Assembly: GCA_964291405.2 (NCBI GenBank)
Contig: OZ219926.1
Coordinates: forward strand, 2,048,001-2,112,000
Direction of reading: 5' to 3'
Source of the DNA: Thermodesulfobacteriota bacterium
GTDB lineage: Bacteria > Desulfobacterota > Binatia > Bin18
Length of the DNA stretch: 64,000 nucleotides
Shown here piece after piece: positions 18,271 through 27,719 of this stretch. Each line of letters opens with the position of its first letter. Within the stretch, counting starts at the first letter, position 1. Below the pieces are notes generated by a model. The model was not told the origin of the DNA and ran no database searches. It was given only the letters and a program-made list of their open reading frames with translations. Position numbers and translations under genes: made by a program.

Positions 18271-19233
18271 ATGACCATGACTGATCGACTCGACCCGGAG
18301 CTGGCCGCGCCGCTCGAAACCTTTCTCCACCTGACCGGAGGCGGGCTCAACCTGCACGATATCCCGGCCACTCGGCGCACGATGGAGGAGATGGCCGAAG
18401 CGCAGATGGCCAAGGCGCCCCCCATCACGGGCATCACCACCGCAGACCGGCAGGTGCCCGGATCTGACGGAGAGGTGTTCGTTCGTATTTATCAGCCAAC
18501 CGAGCGGCCCGACACGCTGCCGGCACTCCTCTGGATTCACGGCGGTGGCTATGTGCTGGGCAGCGTTGAGCGGGATGACCTGCTGGCCGCGCATCTGGCC
18601 AAGGTCGCGCAGTGCGTGGTGGTATCGGTTGAGTACCGGCTCGCTCCCGAGCACCCCTTCCCGGCTCCGGTCGAGGATTGTTATGCCGCGCTCAAATGGC
18701 TGGCGGCCCATACTGAAGAACTCGGTGTTGAGCCCTCCCGGATTGCCATTGGCGGGGCGAGTGCCGGCGGGGGTCTGGCTGCCGGATTGGCGCTGTTGAC
18801 ACGCGACCGGGCCGAGGTCGAACTGGCCTTTCAACTGCTGATCTATCCCATGATTGACGATCGTAACGTCGCCCCCGCCAGCGACACGCTGCCCGATACC
18901 TTTGTGTGGACCCGGGAAAACAATCTCATGGGCTGGCGCGCCTACCTGGGACGAGAGCCCGGCGGAGCAGATGTGTCGCCGTACGCCGCGGCCGCTCGGG
19001 CCGACGACCTCGCGGGTTTACCGCCGGCCTATATTCCGGTGGGTGACCTCGACTTGTTCCTGGACGAGAACATCGAGTATGCACAGCGTCTGCTGACGGC
19101 TGGAGTGCCGACCGAACTGCACGTCTATCCGGGCGGCTATCACGGCTTTAACGGTTTTGACCCTGGTGCGGAGATTGCCCAGCGCTTCAATAATGAACGC
19201 GATGAGGCGTTGAGGCGGATACTCCACCGTTAA
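18271..19233 (+). CDS. HSL-family alpha/beta hydrolase (esterase/lactonase)
   Basis: HGGGY, YRLAPEHPFPA, GASAGG and HGF motifs. Confidence 0.92.
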   Translation: MTMTDRLDPELAAPLETFLHLTGGGLNLHDIPATRRTMEEMAEAQMAKAPPITGITTADRQVPGSDGEVFVRIYQPTERPDTLPALLWIHGGGYVLGSVERDDLLAAHLAKVAQCVVVSVEYRLAPEHPFPAPVEDCYAALKWLAAHTEELGVEPSRIAIGGASAGGGLAAGLALLTRDRAEVELAFQLLIYPMIDDRNVAPASDTLPDTFVWTRENNLMGWRAYLGREPGGADVSPYAAAARADDLAGLPPAYIPVGDLDLFLDENIEYAQRLLTAGVPTELHVYPGGYHGFNGFDPGAEIAQRFNNERDEALRRILHR

Positions 19234-20075
19234 TCGAACCAGTGGATGGGATTCCGTCGCTCGACTTGGCCCAGCATGATCGAAGCGGTCGTATAGCCCA
19301 GCAGGCATTGTAGCGGACGGCTCAACGAACGCACGGTCTCCAGCGGAATCGAGAGATAGGCGTTCTCCTGTTGGCGCAACCAGGCGCAGCAGTAGGACAA
19401 CGACAGGGCGCGGCGTTGCTGGTCGCTGGTATTGGCGCCACCTCCATGCCACATCCCACCGTCAAAGAGCAGCACCCATCCGGCCGGCATGACAATATTA
19501 ATCGGCGGTATCGCCGGGACCTGTTCCTCCGTGGCAGTGTGGCTGCCGGGCAGCAACTCGGTACCACCGTTGGCTACGGTGTAGGCATCGATTGCCCACA
19601 GGGTGCCAACCATGAGCGGTGGGCGCGGACGCGGCAGGGGGTAGACACTGTCGTCCCGATGCAGCCCCTGGGAGGTTTCGCCGGGAAGCAGGGTGATACC
19701 GGTCGCGGAGCTGAGCTGAATCTGGCTCTGCAAATAGCCTTCGATAATGGCGATAACCCTGGGATGGGTGCACAGGTCGTCCGCAGTGCGCATCTTCTTC
19801 ATGAAATTGTAAATGCGTTTGGTGCGAAAGCCCTCGAAGTCGGTTATCCCCAAGGGGGTGGTGGCATGAATCGTATCCATCGCCGCTCCGATTTCCGCCG
19901 CCTTGTTCGCGCTGAGCAACCCTTCAAGAATGAGATAGCCGTCACGTCTGAGCGCGTGAATGTCTGCCGCGACCGCCGCTCGCTCCTCCGGACTGGAGAG
20001 TCCCTTAAGCCGTTGGGTGTCGCGAGCATCGGCATCGAATGGATTCCCCGCCTTGCGGGCGCTCGACTCACTCAT
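19230..20075 (-). CDS. Phytanoyl-CoA dioxygenase family Fe(II)/2OG enzyme
   Basis: LHRD (HxD), NGGT.LLPGSH, WHGGGAN, WLRQQEN. Confidence 0.88.
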   Translation of the reverse strand: MSESSARKAGNPFDADARDTQRLKGLSSPEERAAVAADIHALRRDGYLILEGLLSANKAAEIGAAMDTIHATTPLGITDFEGFRTKRIYNFMKKMRTADDLCTHPRVIAIIEGYLQSQIQLSSATGITLLPGETSQGLHRDDSVYPLPRPRPPLMVGTLWAIDAYTVANGGTELLPGSHTATEEQVPAIPPINIVMPAGWVLLFDGGMWHGGGANTSDQQRRALSLSYCCAWLRQQENAYLSIPLETVRSLSRPLQCLLGYTTASIMLGQVERRNPIHWFD

Positions 20076-20308
20076 AGTTACGGCCCTTCCATCCTCAGGC
20101 GTGCTGGAGCACGCGGTCTCCGTAGGGGGGCTATAGTGAATACCAGAGCCTGTCAAGTTCTGAGGAAAGGGCATTTTTTGAGTTATGGTGCAAGGAAAAT
20201 TCTGAGACCCCTATCGAACCCCGTCTGAATATGATTTGTAATGCATTTACCCGGCTGGACGACTGCTGGGTTGTTGCGTTTATTTTCTGGCCAGAGGAGG
20301 CAATTGTT

Positions 20309-20572
20309 GTGAGGCTATTTATTGGGAATCTCTCATGGGACGCCACCCCGGCCGATCTCGAAGCGTTATTCGGCGAAGTCGGGACGGTCACCTCAGCGAA
20401 TATTATTACCGATAGGGAAAGCGGGCGCTCTCGCGGGTTTGGCTTTGTTGAAATGGAAAACGACGAGGAAGCCCGGACGGCGATTGAGCGTCTGCATGAC
20501 TATGAATTTATGGGGCGACCCCTGACGGTTAACGAAGCCCGACCCAGGGAGCGTCGCGAGCGCCGGTGGTAG
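20309..20572 (+). CDS. RRM-domain RNA-binding protein
   Basis: RNP2 LFIGNL, RNP1 RGFGFVEM, VNEARPR. AGGAGG RBS before GTG 20309. Confidence 0.93.
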   Translation: MRLFIGNLSWDATPADLEALFGEVGTVTSANIITDRESGRSRGFGFVEMENDEEARTAIERLHDYEFMGRPLTVNEARPRERRERRW

Positions 20573-20576
20573 AGGT

Positions 20577-20798
20577 ATGCCAGGAAGAGCAAAACCAACC
20601 AGTTTTCTCAAGCGCCAACGGGAACAGTACCGTCAGCAAAAGCAAAAAGAGAAGGCGGAACGCAGGCGCGAGGCCAAAGCCCGCAAAGCGGCCAATGTAC
20701 GCGCCGAGGGAGACGAGGATCCCGATATTGCCGGTATTCGACCCGGCCCGCAGCCTCTTCCCGAGCAGTGGAATGTGATCGAGGAAGAAGAGGAGTAA
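20577..20798 (+). CDS. Small hypothetical protein (basic coiled coil with acidic/Pro-rich tail)
   Basis: GAGG RBS, 4 nt after the RRM stop. SFLKRQREQ...KAERR...DPDIAGIRPGPQP. Confidence 0.7.
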   Translation: MPGRAKPTSFLKRQREQYRQQKQKEKAERRREAKARKAANVRAEGDEDPDIAGIRPGPQPLPEQWNVIEEEEE

Positions 20799-20968
20799 GC
20801 CCGCCTGATTTCAGCGCCTCAGCAGCATCGAGGCGCTGACCAGTCCGGGGGTTTTCTTCCTATCCGTGCCGTTTTTTCACACTGCTGCCAACTCGGTGCT
20901 GCTCCTTGTTGCCTGAGAGACAAGCGAGAACAGGCGGCTCCATTATCTATGGAGACACAGTCTAGTGC

Positions 20969-21706
20969 TTACAGGAAGGGCTCCAACGCGGCAGCCCGCG
21001 TTGGAATGGCGTTTCGCGCGTGGTCGAGGCGCTGTTGGCGTGCGGCCTGACGGACGAGATCGATTCCCTGGACGGCCGTGGGGTGCTGTTCGAGGAAGGT
21101 CCGGGCTTGTCGGTGCTGCTCAAGCCAGGCTTGACTGACATACCAGACTTCCTGTTCGCCGACGGCAATGCGGGTGTCCTGGCCTTCCCACACCAGCCAG
21201 GACAGGGCGTAGGACCAGTCAGTCACACTGGATTCCTTCCAGCTCGAATCCGGTAAGGAGCGGATATCGAGGCCGTCCCACTGGGTGGTGAGTCCCTGGG
21301 GTTTCCCGTATTTATTCACCACGGCCAAGCGCATGGGAGCGCGGTATTCCAGGTCATAGAGTTCGGTATCGTCGGTCTCAATCGCATGCTGGACCGCTTC
21401 GGGCACCAACTCGATACCAAGCGCATACAGGCCGAAATCGCGATCAATCCGAAAGGTCACAGTCCGCGTCTGCCAGGTGGCGTACAATACGATTTCAGGC
21501 CCCGAGCGGATGGTGGCCGCGGCTTTCAGGTCGCCACCTGCTATGCGTTCCAGGTCGGGTAATTGCTCTATTTGCGTCAGCGTTGACTGCCACTCCACAC
21601 CGAGCGGAAGGTGCGCTGTCGGTTGGGCGTGCGCAAACGAGAAGATACTCCCCAGCAGGAGAAATATCGCAGTGAACAAACGGAGCGGCATGAAAGAAGT
21701 CTCCAT
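20969..21706 (-). CDS. Hypothetical exported protein
   Basis: Signal-peptide-like N-terminus ending AHA. No recognised motif. Alternative start at 21691. Confidence 0.65.
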   Translation of the reverse strand: METSFMPLRLFTAIFLLLGSIFSFAHAQPTAHLPLGVEWQSTLTQIEQLPDLERIAGGDLKAAATIRSGPEIVLYATWQTRTVTFRIDRDFGLYALGIELVPEAVQHAIETDDTELYDLEYRAPMRLAVVNKYGKPQGLTTQWDGLDIRSLPDSSWKESSVTDWSYALSWLVWEGQDTRIAVGEQEVWYVSQAWLEQHRQARTFLEQHPTAVQGIDLVRQAARQQRLDHARNAIPTRAAALEPFL

Positions 21707-21728
21707 TCGTGGCAGGTTTCGCCCTTCA

Positions 21729-21756
21729 CTAACCCCCAACCCCTAACCCCTAACTA
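21729..21756. repeat. Heptamer tandem repeat (CTAACCC-like, x4)
   Basis: CTAACCC CCAACCC CTAACCC CTAACTA directly after the stop of the acyl-CoA dehydrogenase gene. Confidence 0.65.
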
Positions 21757-22884
21757 TCAGTAGCCATCAAAGCGGGCGACCCGCTCCCGGTGATAGGCGG
21801 CCGCGCCAAAGGCGAACTCGTTCCACTTGGCCCGTTTGAACCAGAAGTGCATATCGTGCTCCCAGGTAAAACCAATCCCGCCGTGCATCTGCACGGCCTT
21901 GTTGGTCGTGCGTGTATAGATCTCGGATAGGCGGGCCTTGGCAATAGACGCCGCGCGAGACGCATCGCTGGCGCGGGTGTCAAACGCGTAGGCGGCATAC
22001 CAGACCAAGGACCGGGCCGGTTCGATCTCGCTCACCATTTCGGCAGCCATGTGTTTGAGAGCCTGGAAGGAGGCAATCGGCCGGTTAAACTGTTCACGGA
22101 CTTTGGTGTACTCGACCGCCATGTCGAGCGCCTGCTGGGCGCCTCCAAGACTGTCGGCGGAGAGGGCAACACAGGCCAGATCCTGAAGTCGGGCAAGCAG
22201 TTTCCAGCCTTTTCCTACCTTGCCAAGGAAGCCAGAGATCGGCACCTCCTTGAACCGGACCTCGTACACCCGGCGCGTCCGATCAAAAATATCCAGCGGC
22301 CGGATGGTCAGACCCGGGGCGTCCCGCTCGACCAGCACCAGACTAACGCCTTTTTCATCTTTTCCACTGGTGCGGACGGCCACTACCAGGATGTCGGCCA
22401 CAGCGGCAAAGGGGACGAACATCTTGGTACCGCTCAGCGTATAGCCGTTGCGTTTTTTCCTGGCCTTGAGGCGAATGCCGGCAGCGTCCAGGCGATCGCT
22501 GGATTCGAGAAAAGCCAGGGTGCCGACGGCGTCGCCCGAGGCAAGCCGGGGCAACCAGGCCTTTTTCTGAGCAGAGCTCCCGTCGCGCATCAGGGCGAAG
22601 GTGGCAATGGCTGAAGAAAACAGAAACGGACCCGGCACGACGGCTCTGCCAATCTCTTCGAGCAGCAGGGCCATATCAAGCAACCCAAGCCCGAGGCCGC
22701 CGAATTTTTCCGGAACAAGCAGACCGGTCCAACCCAGCTCTGCCATTTTCCGATGCAACTCAGGGGAAAATCCGTGCTCGTCGTCTAAGAGCGCTCGCAC
22801 GAACTGGGGGGAGCATTCCTGGGTCAGAAACTCCCGGGCTGAGTGCTGGAGAAGGTCTTGTTCTTCCGATAAGCCGAAGTCCAC
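21757..22884 (-). CDS. Acyl-CoA dehydrogenase family protein (partner subunit type)
   Basis: MDFGLSEEQ, G.KMFV, REQFNRPIASFQALKH, QMHGGIGFTWEH. Confidence 0.92.
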   Translation of the reverse strand: MDFGLSEEQDLLQHSAREFLTQECSPQFVRALLDDEHGFSPELHRKMAELGWTGLLVPEKFGGLGLGLLDMALLLEEIGRAVVPGPFLFSSAIATFALMRDGSSAQKKAWLPRLASGDAVGTLAFLESSDRLDAAGIRLKARKKRNGYTLSGTKMFVPFAAVADILVVAVRTSGKDEKGVSLVLVERDAPGLTIRPLDIFDRTRRVYEVRFKEVPISGFLGKVGKGWKLLARLQDLACVALSADSLGGAQQALDMAVEYTKVREQFNRPIASFQALKHMAAEMVSEIEPARSLVWYAAYAFDTRASDASRAASIAKARLSEIYTRTTNKAVQMHGGIGFTWEHDMHFWFKRAKWNEFAFGAAAYHRERVARFDGY

Positions 22885-22905
22885 GATGATTCCCAGGAGT
22901 GTGCG

Positions 22906-24096
22906 TTAGCGCGACTTGGGCATGCCAAGCCCACGTTCGCTAATGATGTTTTTCTGAATCTGGGACGTTCCGCCCCCGATAATGAGCCCTAGCGTGAACA
23001 TAAATTCATACGGCCAGATGCCATTGTCGATCACGTGTGAGGCCCCCCGGTTGAGCGGGGCGTAGGAGCTCATGATCTCAAGGGCCAACGTGCAAATATC
23101 GTGGTTCAGTTCGGTTCCGACCAATTTATTCACCATAGCACCGATACCGGGCTTGCGGCCTTTGGTAGCGTCCGTGAGTTGCCGAAAGGAGTGATATTTC
23201 ATGGCTTCGACCCGCGTTGTCAGATCGGCCAACTGCTGGCGGATGCTCGGGTCTTCTGCCGCGGGCTGGCCATAGCGACTGTGGCTGCGGGCCAGGCGGA
23301 TAAGGTTTTGCATCATGAGCTGAGTACGGGTGGTCGAGCCCAGCATATTGCGTTCATGAAACAGGGTGGCATTGGCGACCAGCCAGCCCTGGTTAAGTTC
23401 GCCGACCAGATTCTCACGCGGGACGCGGACATTCTCGAGAAAGACCTCATTAAAGCCGGCGTCACCCGTCATTTGGACCAGGGGACGGACCGTGATCCCC
23501 GGCGTCTTCATATCGATCAAAATATAGGAGATACCGCGATGCTTGGGCGCATCCGGGTCGGTCCGCACCAGACAGAACATCCAGTCTGAGAATTGGGCCC
23601 CTGAGGTCCAGACCTTTTGGCCGTTGACAATGAATTCATCGCCCACGAGTTCGGCTCTGGTCCGCAGCGAGGCCAAGTCCGAGCCCGAACCGGGCTCGGA
23701 ATAGCCCTGGCACCAAATCTCTTCCGCGGTGAGGACCTTGGGCAAATAGCGCCGTTTCTGCTCTTCCGTACCAACTTGCAGCAGAGTGGGACCGAGCATG
23801 GTCAAACCGGACGCGCCGATCAGACCCGGCGCACGCGCCAGGACCAGTTCTTCATTCACAATGGTCTGGCGCATAATATCGGTGTCGCCCTGACCACCGT
23901 AGGCCTTGGGCCAGCCTAAGGCGACATAGCCGGCCTCATACAGCCGGCGCTGCCAGTCCTTGGCACGCTGGGTGCGCCGCGGGTCGTGCGGCGGCAAGTC
24001 GCTCAGAGTTTTGTCTTTTTTCGGCACGTTGGCCTTGAGCCAGGTTCGTACCGTTTTCCGAAACGCCTCGTCCTCTTTGGAATATGCCAGGTCCAC
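22906..24096 (-). CDS. Acyl-CoA dehydrogenase family protein
   Basis: WCQGYSEPGSGSDLASL, NGQKVWTS, FNEVF, TLFHER, IGGGTSQIQKNII. Confidence 0.93.
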   Translation of the reverse strand: MDLAYSKEDEAFRKTVRTWLKANVPKKDKTLSDLPPHDPRRTQRAKDWQRRLYEAGYVALGWPKAYGGQGDTDIMRQTIVNEELVLARAPGLIGASGLTMLGPTLLQVGTEEQKRRYLPKVLTAEEIWCQGYSEPGSGSDLASLRTRAELVGDEFIVNGQKVWTSGAQFSDWMFCLVRTDPDAPKHRGISYILIDMKTPGITVRPLVQMTGDAGFNEVFLENVRVPRENLVGELNQGWLVANATLFHERNMLGSTTRTQLMMQNLIRLARSHSRYGQPAAEDPSIRQQLADLTTRVEAMKYHSFRQLTDATKGRKPGIGAMVNKLVGTELNHDICTLALEIMSSYAPLNRGASHVIDNGIWPYEFMFTLGLIIGGGTSQIQKNIISERGLGMPKSR

Positions 24097-24116
24097 GCAG
24101 GCTCTCCCTTCAATGC

Positions 24117-25229
24117 CTAGAGATTATACAAGCGCTTGGCATTCTCGCCGATGATTTTTTGCTGGGCGTGGGTCGGGAGTTTTGCACAGGAGGCTTTCAC
24201 TTCATTGACCACACCGGGAAAGGTGCAGTCGAAGTGAGGATAGTCCGACCCCCAAATGACACACTCCTCAAGCCCCAGCTCGGCAATGCTGCTCAGCGTG
24301 CTCTCGTCCGGGTCCATGGAGATGAAGCACTGCTCGCGAAAATGTTCGCTCGGGCGCTTTGTGAGCCACGGGACATAATGGCCCATGGTGTCAAAATGGC
24401 TGTCCATACGGTCCAGCCAATAGCCGAGCCAGCCGACCCCGGACTCCAGAAACGCGACTTTGAGATCGGGAAACCGGGACAGCACACCGCCACAGATAAT
24501 GTCCATACAGGCCCCCTGCTGTTCCCAGGGGTGGCAGACCATATGAAAAAAGAACGGGTCCTTGTAGCGCTCTTGGCCCAGGGTTGGCATCTTGGTGCCA
24601 AAACTGCCATGAATGGCAACTGGAACATCGAGTTCCTGGGCTTCCTGCCAGAGGGGATGATAGGCCGGGTCGTTGAGCCGACGGCCGTTAAACGGATTGG
24701 GCCGAATAAAGACGCCGCGCATACCGAGCTCTTTGACAACGCGGCGCATTTCGGTAACGGCCGCCTCGACATCCTGGAGGGGCAGCGGAGCCACGCCGTA
24801 AAAACGCTGCGGGTAGGCTTTGCAGAAGTCGGCCAGCCAGTTGTTATAGGCTCGACAGGCCGCGGCCGCGACCTGAGGGTCGGTGATGTCGCCGTAGATG
24901 AGCCATAGCGTCGGATAGAAAAAGGCGACCTCAATACCCTCAAGGTCCATGTCTTTGATCCGTTCGTGCGGGTCGTAGCCGCCGGGGACAATCTCGTCCC
25001 AGGACATCGTGCGCGCCCGCTGGGCGTCCGACATGCCCCCGGGCGTGCAGGCCGCGGCAATCGCCATGTTGCGGTCGCGTCGCAGCTCGCCGTTAATTTT
25101 GAGACAGTCGATCCCTTCCGCATCCTTAGCAATCTGAATCACCTGTGTTCGGTAAGCCGGCTCGGTATATTCTTGCCAAACGCTCGGGGGCTCAAGCAGG
25201 TGGCCGTCTGCGTCAATGATAGTTGCCAT
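24117..25229 (-). CDS. Amidohydrolase_2-family protein
   Basis: IDADGHLLEP, FLESGVGW, WGSDYPHFD, IIGENA.RLY. Confidence 0.9.
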   Translation of the reverse strand: MATIIDADGHLLEPPSVWQEYTEPAYRTQVIQIAKDAEGIDCLKINGELRRDRNMAIAAACTPGGMSDAQRARTMSWDEIVPGGYDPHERIKDMDLEGIEVAFFYPTLWLIYGDITDPQVAAAACRAYNNWLADFCKAYPQRFYGVAPLPLQDVEAAVTEMRRVVKELGMRGVFIRPNPFNGRRLNDPAYHPLWQEAQELDVPVAIHGSFGTKMPTLGQERYKDPFFFHMVCHPWEQQGACMDIICGGVLSRFPDLKVAFLESGVGWLGYWLDRMDSHFDTMGHYVPWLTKRPSEHFREQCFISMDPDESTLSSIAELGLEECVIWGSDYPHFDCTFPGVVNEVKASCAKLPTHAQQKIIGENAKRLYNL

Positions 25230-25257
25230 GACTCCCTCCTATGAGTAATGCGGCAGA

Positions 25258-25689
25258 CTATTGGGGCGGCTCCGGCGGCAGGACGCGCAAATGATTGCTG
25301 ATCCGCTCGTAAGTCCCCCCCTCTTCTACCAGCCCCTTTAAGGACACCACACAACACTCGTCCTTGTCGCTCAATTCCTGCCAATCAACGGATTGGGGGG
25401 GAATGCCGATCTTCACGATGACGGTATCGACCGACAGGATAAACTCTTCCAGGGCAGCAAAGATTTTTACCTGCGGCTCCAGCGGAGAAACAACGATCTC
25501 CTTGTAGGGCAGAGGCAGGCGTTCCTCAGGGACGAGCTCATAGTCCAGGGTCACGCGCAGGACATCTTCAGCCGGACGGGTAAGTTCCGCATTCGAAATT
25601 TCAATGAGGGGTTTATATACCTCGGGCTCGGAGCAACCGCCTACGAGGACAACAAACGGCAAGAGATGGAGCATGAAAAATCTATGCAT
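25258..25689 (-). CDS. Hypothetical lipoprotein
   Basis: Hydrophobic leader with lipobox-like VGGC. No known motif. Confidence 0.55.
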   Translation of the reverse strand: MHRFFMLHLLPFVVLVGGCSEPEVYKPLIEISNAELTRPAEDVLRVTLDYELVPEERLPLPYKEIVVSPLEPQVKIFAALEEFILSVDTVIVKIGIPPQSVDWQELSDKDECCVVSLKGLVEEGGTYERISNHLRVLPPEPPQ

Positions 25690-25809
25690 AACATCTTTTC
25701 CACATCTTTTTTCGTGCTTGTGGCTTATCACGTGCATAAGGGGAAGAAAAACCCGCATATGGAACGGCTCGCCTCTCGAGCGTGGTCAGGAGCCGAGCCA
25801 GCTCTCGCT

Positions 25810-26628
25810 TCATGGCTTGATTGCGGTCGCGTAGAGCACATTCGCTTCGACCGCTGCCACGCCATCGGCACGGATAGAGACGAGATTGGCCGTGCGGACC
25901 TGCTCACGCTCGGCCGGCTCCAACTGCTCAATCGTCCCTCTGTAGCCCGACCCGAGAACGGCAGCCCACCAGTCTTCCGGCGAGCGAAGGGCATGGATGC
26001 CTATCTCGCTGTCGGCCTGCACGTCGTGGACACCGCCCTCTTTCAGCATGGCCCGCAGGGTGGCGGAGTCGGAGATGCGGTCCCAGGGGTTGAAGCCCTT
26101 GTAGAGCTCGGGGCGGACTGCGGCGACGGCGTCCCAAAATGCCGTGTTGGCAGGCTCAAAGAAACGCGGCCCCCAGGTTGTGATAGCGAGCACTCCCCCC
26201 GGAGCGACCATACGCCAGAGTTCCCTGACCGCCCCAGGCATATCGGGAATAAAGAATATACCAAACACACACACCACGGCATCGAAGTGGCCGTCGGGCA
26301 GATCGAGATCCAACATATCACCGGCCCGGAACTCTATGTTCTCAATCCCCTGTCGCGTGGCCTTGGCGCGCGCCAGTTTCAACAGACCCTCGGCAAGGTC
26401 AACCCCGAGCACGGAGCCATTAGGCGCCACCTTTTTCGCCGCGGGTATCGCCGACGCCCCACTGCCGCAGCAGACATCGAGGCAGCGGGCGCCCGACGAC
26501 AGGTCGAGCCGGTCGATCGTCCGCCGGCCGAAGCGGTCCCAGAACGAGTTGGCACTCAGGTCGTAGGCGTCAGCCGCCGCGTTATAGGTCTTGGCCGCTT
26601 TTATCTTGGCCTCACTCGGTGTCGGCAT
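25810..26628 (-). CDS. Class I SAM-dependent methyltransferase (UbiE-like fold)
   Basis: CLDVCCGSG, GVDL, FDAVVCVFGIFF.PD, PGG. Confidence 0.88.
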   Translation of the reverse strand: MPTPSEAKIKAAKTYNAAADAYDLSANSFWDRFGRRTIDRLDLSSGARCLDVCCGSGASAIPAAKKVAPNGSVLGVDLAEGLLKLARAKATRQGIENIEFRAGDMLDLDLPDGHFDAVVCVFGIFFIPDMPGAVRELWRMVAPGGVLAITTWGPRFFEPANTAFWDAVAAVRPELYKGFNPWDRISDSATLRAMLKEGGVHDVQADSEIGIHALRSPEDWWAAVLGSGYRGTIEQLEPAEREQVRTANLVSIRADGVAAVEANVLYATAIKP

Positions 26629-26683
26629 AGCTGCGTGTTCCTGCTTCTGGTGTAGCGCTATCGGCCAGACGCGCTCCGCCGCA

Positions 26684-27577
26684 CTACACTAAGCGCACAT
26701 CCCGGGCGAATTTTTCCATCATGTTCATCATGTCCGCATACGTCCGGGTGAAATTGAAGAAGGCCAGATACAGATAGCTTGCTCCGAGTTCCTGGTAGCG
26801 GGGAATATCGTCAAGGATCTCGTCCGGCTTCTTGCCACGTGGAGAAACACACAGGGTAATCTCGGAGAGGTCGCGGCCAGCCCGTGTCGCTTTTTCTTTG
26901 AGTTTCTCTACCCGCTCGGCAAACTCTTGCGGACTGAACACCACGGCTGGCCAGCCGTCGCCGTATTCGACAACACGGCGCAACGCCGGACCGGTATGGC
27001 CACCAATCCAAATGGGCGGATGGGGCTTTTGGACGGGGCGCGGCTCACAGCCGACCTCGCTGAATTGGTGAAAGCGACCCGTAAACGAGGGGTTTTCGTT
27101 GGTCCATAACTCTTTCATGACTGCGATGGCTTCTTCGCTGAGCGGGCCGCGGTCAGCAAAGGGCGCATTCAGAATGTTGAACTCCTCCTCCATCCAACCG
27201 ACCCCCACGCCGCAGATGATCCGCCCGGCCGATAAGACATCGAGGGTGGCCAGCGTCTTTGCCGTAACAACGGCGTTGCGGTGCGGCAGCACGAGCACGG
27301 CCGTGCCTAAGCGGACCTTGTTGGTGCAGGCGGCCACAAAACTCAGCACGCTTAGGGGTTCAAGCAGAGGTGCCTGCGGGTCGAGGGGAAAGGCGCCGTT
27401 CGGACTGTAGGGATAGCGAGAGGCAATCTGCTTTGGCGTAATAATATGATCGGCGACCCAGACAGAATCAAAGCCCAACGCTTCGGCAGTTTGGGCCGTG
27501 GTCTTGAGGCGGTTGAGGACATCCCCTCGTGCCAGTGGTCCAAGATGGGGGAGAAACGCGCCGTACTGCATAGTCAT
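26684..27577 (-). CDS. LLM class oxidoreductase, probably F420-dependent (Rv2161c-like)
   Basis: AEALGFDSVWVADH, LGTAVLVLPHR, GVGVGWMEEEF, PVQKPHPPIWIGG. Confidence 0.9.
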   Translation of the reverse strand: MTMQYGAFLPHLGPLARGDVLNRLKTTAQTAEALGFDSVWVADHIITPKQIASRYPYSPNGAFPLDPQAPLLEPLSVLSFVAACTNKVRLGTAVLVLPHRNAVVTAKTLATLDVLSAGRIICGVGVGWMEEEFNILNAPFADRGPLSEEAIAVMKELWTNENPSFTGRFHQFSEVGCEPRPVQKPHPPIWIGGHTGPALRRVVEYGDGWPAVVFSPQEFAERVEKLKEKATRAGRDLSEITLCVSPRGKKPDEILDDIPRYQELGASYLYLAFFNFTRTYADMMNMMEKFARDVRLV

Positions 27578-27719
27578 CCTCCGCGAGCAGAAAATCCATC
27601 CCCTGCTACCATACCCTCAGATGAAATGCCAATCGTTTGATAGGTACCAGCAGGCTGTCGACTCGGGTCTTGTAGCCATCTCCGTGAGGACGTGCTACAG
27701 AGCGGTACCGAGGCCAGCC

